IMG/VR virus record: IMGVR_UViG_3300009008_000022
Span: 17,459 to 81,458 of that record
Length of the DNA: 64,000 nt
Direction: 5' to 3' (one strand)
From: a virus
This document shows, piece after piece, positions 57,105 through 64,000 of this stretch. The notes beneath the pieces are model-generated. The model saw nothing but the letters and a program-made list of their open reading frames with translations, had not been told where the DNA came from and searched no databases. How positions within the stretch are numbered: position 1 is the first letter of the stretch; each line of letters begins with the position of its first letter. Position numbers and translations under genes: made by a program.

Positions 57105-60100
57105 GCAAGATAGACGATCTGGTAGCACGCGGGGAGGAACGGCTGAGCAAGATGATGCAGCTTGGCTTGTTTGACAACCTGGGCGGATCGTCGGGAGCTG
57201 GGGAGCATTTGCCCGACTCCCATACCAGCAAGCCGAAGCGCGAAGCGCGCCACCAGGGCGAAACCAAGCCGGACAAGCCGAAGCGCCCGCCAGGGCCGGA
57301 CCTGAGCACGATTCACGAGGTTGACGCCCACCGCGACAGCGCGCAGCAACACCGCGCGCACGCGCACCGCGCCAAGCTATCCGGTGACGCGGAGCTGTCA
57401 GACCTTCACCGCGCCGCGGCATTTCGGGCGGATCTCGTGGCAACGTACCTGGACGCTGGCAAGCCGGCCGCGGAGGTTGAAACCGCCAAGCAATCCGTTG
57501 CGGAGGCGGTAGACACCATCGGCCGGTTAGAGGCGAGCCGTAAAGCCGAGGCCGAGCATGAGCGCCAGCGCCAGCACCGCGAGAAGCAGATCAGCGGCGC
57601 CAGGGGGCACGCTTCTGCTCTGGTCAGCGCCGGCAAGGCCACGCCGGAGGGGCTGCGCGTGCTGGCCCGTGGAATGGAGGATAGGGGCTGGAAACACGCC
57701 GCGAAGGAATACCACCGCGCCGCAGACCAGTTGCAAGGCGCGCAGGCTACGGTGAGCCAGGCGCAGCTCGCAACAATGCTGGACGAGGTTACTGAGCGCC
57801 GGCCTGGCGGGCGGGTGGTTAAGCCAGGGACAACGCCGGAGCAAGCGGCGAAAGCTGCCGATGCCCTGGAGTCAATGCTGGACGCTAACCCGGTAGAGAA
57901 GCGCACAAGGGCGGACGGCAGCAAAAACTGGCAAGAGACAAACCAGCACGCCGTACTGCGAGTTATCGTTGAAAAGCTCAGGGAGCACGCAAGCCCAGGG
58001 CCAGAGGTCGCAGAGGCAGCCAAGCCGGCCGCGGCGCCAGCTCCGGCCAGCAAGCACCACGCTGGCGAGCCGCCCCCCGGTGGAGGTTGGCGCCGGACCA
58101 CGAAAGGGTGGGCCAGAGGCCGCGGCCAGCGTTACGAATGGAAGCCGGTGGAGTGGTGGAAAGAGGGAGAGGGGAAAGCCAAGCCAGCGGCCAAAAAGAA
58201 GCCCAAGCCACAGAGGGAGAGGCCCGATGTTCGACCCGAAGAAAATGATCAGCCCCGAGCCGCCCGAGCTGCCGGAGCACCTGAAGCTAAACCCGAGCCC
58301 GAGTCTGAGGTATCAGGTAGACGGCCTGGACGATCTGCCGGAGGACGAGCAACAGCAGATCCTAGCCATGATGCGGACGCCGGAGAAGCCGAGCACACCG
58401 CGCCCGACCTAGCCGCCCTGGAGGCCGGCGCCCAGGCGCAGCAAGGCAAGCGCCAGCCGACCGGCAAGAAAAGCGGCCCGTCTATCCAGCTTGAGGCGGA
58501 CCTGTTGCCGCCGATCCCAGATGAGGCGCGGATCAGGCCGGACATTGCACCGTTCCCTGTGCCGCAGGGGCCGATCAAGGATCTGTACCCGCACCAGCGA
58601 GAGGCCGCGGAGCGGATCCTGGCGAGCTGGCGCGAGCGGGACGGCTGCCTGATTGCCGATGAGGCCGGCCTGGGCAAGACGCTATCCGGCGTTGCCGCCA
58701 TGATGCAGCGCGGAGGGCGCCGGAACCTGATCGTGGTGCCTACCAAGGGCAAACGCGGCCTAATGCGCCAGTGGCAGGATGAAGGGCTGGCCCTGTACGG
58801 AGTCCGCGGCAAAGGGAAGGATGAGCTGGACCCGGAGATCGATGGAACATGGCTCATTGGCTACAATGATCTGTATGAATCCGTGGCCGCCGAGGATGAG
58901 TTTGACGACTGGCACGTCGTTGACACCGACGCGGTTGAGGAGATCCTGAATCGCTACACGCACCGCCGTGCGCAATGGTGGAGCGCCGGCCTGGCCGACA
59001 GGGCAGCCGAAGCGATCAAGGATGAGATCGAGTGGCAGGAATGGGGCACCCGCAAGAACAAAGAGGAGATCGCAGAGCTGCGCCGGAATTGGGCCGATGC
59101 GGTTGAGATCGCGAAGCGGATCGAAAAGCGTTACCAGGGGGATTACCCGGACGGTCTGCCACAGCGAGTCATGTTCCAGGGAATGTCAGAGCTGGCGACA
59201 GAGGTGCAAGAGGACCGTCGCGCAGCTCAGCGGGAGAAGCTGAAAGGAAAGCGGACGCGGCGGTTGCGCAAGGCTCTGTTTGACGGCCAATTTGACACGA
59301 TCTTGTTTGATGAGTGTCACGGCATGGTCAACCAGAAAACCACCACCGCCAAGGCGGGCAAGCTGCTACAGGACCAGGCCGGCAAGGTGCTTTACATGAG
59401 CGCCACGCCTTACACCTACATTCGGGACATGAGCTACCTCAAGCGCCTGGGGTTGTTTGAGCCGGAATTTAACGAGGACAAGAACAGGCTGGAAACCTCA
59501 GACGAGGCGTTTATCCGGTGGGTTGTTTCTCTGGGCGGCGAGCCGTCCGAGGGGTGGGTTGCAGACCCGAAAACGCCCAAGGCCAAGGTCGCGGTGGCGG
59601 CCAAGATGCACACCGAAGGGTCCAGAATCAAGCGCGTGACCAGCCTTGAAGGCACGCGATCCATGTTCCACATGATGCCGCAAGAATCTCTGTCGGAGGA
59701 CGCGCAGAAAACGCTGGAGATCGGCGGCAAGGTGTTTGGGATCATGGAGCGGTATTGGAGGAGCCTGGCCGGCGCGCACTACAAGAACTGGAGCCGGCAG
59801 TACTTGGAGACACAGAAGGTAGACGCCGCGGTTGCCATTGCGCGGCGCGAGCTGGAGAAAAACCCCAACGCTCAGATCGCGTTCTTCACCTCGTTCAAGG
59901 AATCGGACCACGGCCATATCCGCAACGCGCCGGACGGGATCCGGCGCCTGGCGGAACGGGCCGCAGAGGATCCCGAAAAGTACTTTTGGTTCGACCCCGC
60001 CCAGGCCGCGGAGGACATAGCCGAGATAGAGGCGCTGATACCGCAGCTCCCGCCCGTGCTGCGCGGGCCGGACGGTGAAAACGAGGCGATAGTTGACCGC

Positions 60101-63100
60101 CTGACCCGAGAGTTTGGAGGGCCGAAGAAGGTCGCTCAGATCCACGGCCGGACCAGCAAAAAGCCGGAGGTTGAACAGGCCCGTTACCAGAGCGGAGAGG
60201 CCAAGGTCGCGGTCTGCACCATGAGCAAGGGCGGCACCGGGATCAGCCTGCACGACAAGGTTGGCAATGCGCCGCGGATCCAGATCAACCTGTCCCTGCC
60301 CTGGACGGGCAATGAGTTTGATCAGGTTAAGGGCCGGTCGCACCGCCTGGGCAGCAAGAGCAACACAGACATTCACTGGATGGTGGGCGACCACCCGACC
60401 GAGCAGCACAACGCCGCGATTTGTGGCAAGCGCCTACAGGCCGCGGGCAGCCTCACGATTGGCAACCAGGATCTTGCCCAGGACAGCGCGCACCTGGCGG
60501 ACTTTGACGAGGGGGACGGCGCCGGCGCGGATCTGACCGACGATCCCGCCGAAGCCTATCGGATCTCGCACGGCACAGACCGAATGATCCGAGAGGGAGA
60601 GGGCACCGACGAAGGCAAGGAGCAGCGGTGGCACTTTCGGAAAGTGGCCGAGCGACACCGGGCAGGCGGCGACGTTGTTGGGGAGGTGACAGAGCACTTG
60701 GAAGCGCAGCGCAAGCGCAAGACAGAGCTGGAAGCGCGCCGAGCATCCGAGCAGCTAAAGCAGGCCGCCGGCATTAACACGCATTGGGATCCGACCGCGC
60801 ATGTTTGGGTATTGGATCGTAACTCGCTGAATTGGAGCCAGAGCGAAGCCCTGGATCGGTTTATCGCGCGCAAGACAACCAACGCGCGGAGCTTGTTTTA
60901 CCTGCATGAAACCCACATTGACGCCCACAGTATGCCCGCCCTGGCGAAGATCATGGAGGCGGACAAGCATCCGGTGGATATGCGGGACGTGGTGCAAAAA
61001 GCGGTGAAGGCAGAGCGCGCGATCATTGACACGATGCGCGGAGCCACCCGCAGGCGTGACATACGAATGGAGCCGGTAATTAACGGCGACGGGGATCTGG
61101 AGTTTCACCTGTCCGGCAACAGCTTTGCGTATCAGCACGGCATGGAGGCGGCCGGCGCCAGCCTGGTAGACATGGGCGACGGCGACGTGCGGCGCTGGAC
61201 GTGGGTTGTACCGGAGCAGGCCGCGGCCAACGTGATGGAAAATTTCGAGCGGGTTGACCAGGAGCGCGACTACCCGCACCGCTTGAACACCTACGGCCGC
61301 GCCAGGATCGATGAATACAGGGAGATGCACGGCATGGATAAGTCAGAACGGCTAGAGGCTCTGTTTGCGAGGGGCAACGCCTTGCGCAAGGGCGAGAGTC
61401 CTCCGAGTGGATTCACGCAGATCACGGGCAGCGCCAAGGGCGGCTGGCACAAGAAAGAGGGGAACCATTACGTCTACTGGTATCCCGGCCAGGGCGTTGT
61501 CAGTTCGCGCCACAGCAGCGACGTGCACGCGGATCACTCCAAATTGCCGGAGGGGTTTAACAAGATGCCCCTGGAGGACCGCGCGGAAATGACCGCGCAT
61601 TGGGATCACGTCCGGCAAAACCTGGCAGAGTACAAGCCGCGCACCTACCACGGCGATACGCAGGCGGCCGTGGTGGAACATCTGGAGGACATGCGCCGAG
61701 CTGGCAACCTCGTGCCGTCGAATGCTGCCCTGGCAAAGAAGATGATGCTCACGCAGCTCAAGCACGGCCGCGCCGCGGGGATCCCTGAGCCCGCCCTGGC
61801 GAAGCTCATGGAAGAAAACGTCCGCAAGCTCTGTATGCAAGAGGTGGAGAGCGTTGGGCGCACCCTGGGAGATCACGGCGTGCGCCACCTGGCGAAAAAC
61901 GCCGAGCAGACCGACCGGATCTTTGACGCGGTAGTCGCGGGAGGCGGCCAGATCACGCCCATGGAGCGGTTCATGGCCCATCAGGTGCACATCGATCACG
62001 ACATGGGCTACACCATCGGCGCGATTGCCAAGGGCGGGTTTGCCGTTGCGGACAAGTACCACCCGCAGGCCAGCGCCGTGCTGGTGAGGCAGCAGGCGGA
62101 CAAGTACAAGGCGCTGTTTGGCGACAAGTACCAGGCGTTTCACCAGGCCGTGCTAACCCACAGCCGCAGCGGCGTGGACTGGAAAAACGATCCGTTTACC
62201 AGCGCGATCCGGCTGGCCGATAACACTCACCTGTTTGCGGACAAACTGCCCGAGGTGTTGATGGACTCCCGCCTGGGCTCCGAGGTGATGGTAAAGATCA
62301 AGCTGGCCGCCGAGCTGATCCCGCCCACCGTGGAGGTGCGAAAAACCGACCCGAAAACCGGAAAGGTCAAGGTGAAAATGAAGCGCACCGAGCAAGATAA
62401 GGCGCGCTTTAATGCCCTGATTGGGAGCATTCGAGGCCAGATGCACGCCGCGGTGGACGGCAATTCGGAGCTGCCAAAGTCGATCAAGGCTGCGCTGAAA
62501 AAGGCCATCGGTGAGATCGGGGAGCTTACGCCCAAGTTTCTGGTGTCGCGCCTGGCGGGACGTGATCCACAGTTCCGGTTTGAGGGCGGCGACATGCACG
62601 TCACGATCCAGCAGAGCGCAGCTCGTGAAACCATCGGGCAAGTGTTTGGCGACGATCAGCCCGACAAGCAGTTCCGCAAACTGCTGGAGGACTACGACAC
62701 GAGCCCCGAATCGGCGTTTGACGCCAAGCCGCCGCCGCCGCATGTCCAGGTGGGCAAGGACGGCAACGGGCTGTTTTTCCAGTGGCAGAGCGGGGAGTCC
62801 GAAAACCAATCCCACCCCGTTGAACAGCGCCACCGGGAAGTGATGGAGCGCGTTAAGGGGGAGTTTGAAAGGGTCAAGGCCATGCCGGCGGGCAAGGCAA
62901 AGCAGGCCGCCCTGGACAAGTTCTTTGCGACGGACGTTGCCAAGGCGCTGCGCCAAATCTGGACGCTGATCAAGGCGGACAAGGCGCGCGAGGATGAGCA
63001 AGAGCAGGAGCCGCCCAAGGGCAAGGGCGAGGCCCCACCGGACAAGCCGGAGGGCGAGGAGCCGCCGCCAGAGGGCGAGGATGAACAGGATCCGCTGGCG

Positions 63101-63727
63101 TCAGAGGACGGCGAGCCTGACCAGGGCGAAGGGGAGGACGGCGGCGAAGGGGAGGCGGAAGGTACGCTTCACACCACGCCGGCCGATGCAGCGAAGCTCA
63201 TAGAGCGCCAGTTTCCACAGGTGAGCGTGCACGAAACAGCGGACGGTGAAGGGTTGCACCTGTACGGCCAGGGCGCCGATCAAGCGGTCCATATGATGCT
63301 GAAAGAGGGGTGGGCGGTGAGCCAGGGCAGCGACGGGTCCATGACCATCCGGCCGCCTGGCGCCACCATTCCAGAGCACGAGCGGTGGGATAACACGCAC
63401 CACCCGCACGCCCAGGACCAGGGGCCGGAGATGGAGGATGAACAGGAGCAAGGGCCGCCGAATGGACAGCCGCGGCCAGCGCCAGGTAGTATGGGCAAAA
63501 GCTACGCTACGGCGGATTGGCACCAGTCCAGAGCCGATTATCTGTCCAGGTTAGGCGGCGAGATGATGTTTAAGAGCGAATATCACGGGTTTGTGAGCCA
63601 GCTCGATCATCTTATTGGCGCCCACCGCAACGCCGCGGAACAGCTCGCCAACGGAAATAGCCGAGAGGCGCGGTACTCCAGTTTCCATGCGCTAACCCTG
63701 GACCGCAAAACCATTCGGAGCAAATGA
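57101..63727 (+). CDS. Giant modular protein F: Strawberry-notch-like SF2 helicase plus HD phosphohydrolase domain plus GW modules
   Basis: ADEAGLGKT, FDECH, MSATP, GGTGISLHD, QVKGRSHRLG (58580-60470); DHGVRH...HDMGY...H...H...LADN (61860-62240). Confidence 0.85.
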   Translation: MSKIDDLVARGEERLSKMMQLGLFDNLGGSSGAGEHLPDSHTSKPKREARHQGETKPDKPKRPPGPDLSTIHEVDAHRDSAQQHRAHAHRAKLSGDAELSDLHRAAAFRADLVATYLDAGKPAAEVETAKQSVAEAVDTIGRLEASRKAEAEHERQRQHREKQISGARGHASALVSAGKATPEGLRVLARGMEDRGWKHAAKEYHRAADQLQGAQATVSQAQLATMLDEVTERRPGGRVVKPGTTPEQAAKAADALESMLDANPVEKRTRADGSKNWQETNQHAVLRVIVEKLREHASPGPEVAEAAKPAAAPAPASKHHAGEPPPGGGWRRTTKGWARGRGQRYEWKPVEWWKEGEGKAKPAAKKKPKPQRERPDVRPEENDQPRAARAAGAPEAKPEPESEVSGRRPGRSAGGRATADPSHDADAGEAEHTAPDLAALEAGAQAQQGKRQPTGKKSGPSIQLEADLLPPIPDEARIRPDIAPFPVPQGPIKDLYPHQREAAERILASWRERDGCLIADEAGLGKTLSGVAAMMQRGGRRNLIVVPTKGKRGLMRQWQDEGLALYGVRGKGKDELDPEIDGTWLIGYNDLYESVAAEDEFDDWHVVDTDAVEEILNRYTHRRAQWWSAGLADRAAEAIKDEIEWQEWGTRKNKEEIAELRRNWADAVEIAKRIEKRYQGDYPDGLPQRVMFQGMSELATEVQEDRRAAQREKLKGKRTRRLRKALFDGQFDTILFDECHGMVNQKTTTAKAGKLLQDQAGKVLYMSATPYTYIRDMSYLKRLGLFEPEFNEDKNRLETSDEAFIRWVVSLGGEPSEGWVADPKTPKAKVAVAAKMHTEGSRIKRVTSLEGTRSMFHMMPQESLSEDAQKTLEIGGKVFGIMERYWRSLAGAHYKNWSRQYLETQKVDAAVAIARRELEKNPNAQIAFFTSFKESDHGHIRNAPDGIRRLAERAAEDPEKYFWFDPAQAAEDIAEIEALIPQLPPVLRGPDGENEAIVDRLTREFGGPKKVAQIHGRTSKKPEVEQARYQSGEAKVAVCTMSKGGTGISLHDKVGNAPRIQINLSLPWTGNEFDQVKGRSHRLGSKSNTDIHWMVGDHPTEQHNAAICGKRLQAAGSLTIGNQDLAQDSAHLADFDEGDGAGADLTDDPAEAYRISHGTDRMIREGEGTDEGKEQRWHFRKVAERHRAGGDVVGEVTEHLEAQRKRKTELEARRASEQLKQAAGINTHWDPTAHVWVLDRNSLNWSQSEALDRFIARKTTNARSLFYLHETHIDAHSMPALAKIMEADKHPVDMRDVVQKAVKAERAIIDTMRGATRRRDIRMEPVINGDGDLEFHLSGNSFAYQHGMEAAGASLVDMGDGDVRRWTWVVPEQAAANVMENFERVDQERDYPHRLNTYGRARIDEYREMHGMDKSERLEALFARGNALRKGESPPSGFTQITGSAKGGWHKKEGNHYVYWYPGQGVVSSRHSSDVHADHSKLPEGFNKMPLEDRAEMTAHWDHVRQNLAEYKPRTYHGDTQAAVVEHLEDMRRAGNLVPSNAALAKKMMLTQLKHGRAAGIPEPALAKLMEENVRKLCMQEVESVGRTLGDHGVRHLAKNAEQTDRIFDAVVAGGGQITPMERFMAHQVHIDHDMGYTIGAIAKGGFAVADKYHPQASAVLVRQQADKYKALFGDKYQAFHQAVLTHSRSGVDWKNDPFTSAIRLADNTHLFADKLPEVLMDSRLGSEVMVKIKLAAELIPPTVEVRKTDPKTGKVKVKMKRTEQDKARFNALIGSIRGQMHAAVDGNSELPKSIKAALKKAIGEIGELTPKFLVSRLAGRDPQFRFEGGDMHVTIQQSAARETIGQVFGDDQPDKQFRKLLEDYDTSPESAFDAKPPPPHVQVGKDGNGLFFQWQSGESENQSHPVEQRHREVMERVKGEFERVKAMPAGKAKQAALDKFFATDVAKALRQIWTLIKADKAREDEQEQEPPKGKGEAPPDKPEGEEPPPEGEDEQDPLASEDGEPDQGEGEDGGEGEAEGTLHTTPADAAKLIERQFPQVSVHETADGEGLHLYGQGADQAVHMMLKEGWAVSQGSDGSMTIRPPGATIPEHERWDNTHHPHAQDQGPEMEDEQEQGPPNGQPRPAPGSMGKSYATADWHQSRADYLSRLGGEMMFKSEYHGFVSQLDHLIGAHRNAAEQLANGNSREARYSSFHALTLDRKTIRSK

Positions 63728-64000
63728 TGAGCCACGAGCGACGGCGCGAGGAGCTGCTAGAGAAGGCGCGGCAAAACCGATCTGACAAGCAGCTCAGCCT
63801 GTTTGGGGTGGCCGCGGTAAACGAGGGGGAGACAGGCGACCTGTTTAGCCAGGGCGCCGGCCGCGGCCTGAGCGCGCCGAAGCCCAAAGCCAAGCCCAAG
63901 CCCAAGCCCAAAGCCGAGCCCAAGCCCAAAGCCGGAAAAATGACCGTCACCCTGGCGGCAGCTCCAAACCACGACTTTGGCGCCGGATCTCCAGAGGCCA
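63724..64000 (+). CDS. Next modular protein G (3'-partial)
   Basis: Coupled ATGATG start; LLEKA, KQLSLF, PKPKAK linker; open to the window end. Confidence 0.65.
   Translation, partial: MMSHERRREELLEKARQNRSDKQLSLFGVAAVNEGETGDLFSQGAGRGLSAPKPKAKPKPKPKAEPKPKAGKMTVTLAAAPNHDFGAGSPEA

Noticed and set aside
58860-59270. Intein within the helicase of protein F
   Set aside because: The insert lacks the N-terminal Cys/Ser block, LAGLIDADG motifs and C-terminal HN; it looks like a helical insertion.
63875-63935. CCCAAG/CCCAAA tandem hexamer repeats
   Set aside because: They encode a PK/AK low-complexity linker; similar tracts occur at about 55760 and 35275.
1-64000. tRNA/rRNA genes, integrase, transposase, reverse transcriptase/DGR
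   Set aside because: None recognised by eye; intergenic gaps are few and short. tRNAscan-SE was not run.

Overview
This window is about 64 kb of a GC-rich tailed-phage genome with a contractile-tail (myovirus-type) baseplate. The host is unknown; a lipoprotein in the lysis cassette suggests it is Gram-negative. Gene order: (1) end of the baseplate/tail-fibre module, 1-6.8 kb; (2) a leftward operon of small early-type genes with a SprT-like protease and a SNF2 helicase, 7-13.8 kb; (3) a rightward replication/recombination region, 14-32 kb, with a DUF1376-type initiator, DnaC-like loader, thermonuclease, VRR-NUC, RecT, a PD-(D/E)XK exonuclease, an adenine MTase, an SMC-like ATPase and a phage-encoded beta sliding clamp; (4) a lysis cassette; (5) the large terminase; (6) an array of more than 25 kb of giant modular proteins from 38.4 kb to the end of the window. 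The array is the main finding. Its unrelated cargo domains are a TMEM65-like membrane domain, a DdrB-like ParB, a ParB/Srx, three PAPS-reductase/PP-loop domains, DUF3560, an N6-adenine MTase, a Strawberry-notch-like SF2 helicase and an HD hydrolase. These are joined by shared linker elements: recurrent K-[S/A/G] sites (KSERL three times), a roughly 30-aa GW..GG.RR..EYWYP module in about 8 copies, and about 10 QL[SD]LF-like beta-clamp-binding motifs. I infer protease-processed, head-packaged, injected polyproteins that dock on a sliding clamp. Other observations: a non-coding copy of the initiator gene's iteron segment directly upstream of the array, an in-frame TAA splitting one polyprotein, and a shared 16-bp operator in several sigma70 promoters. 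All domain calls come from motif recognition by eye; no database searches were run.
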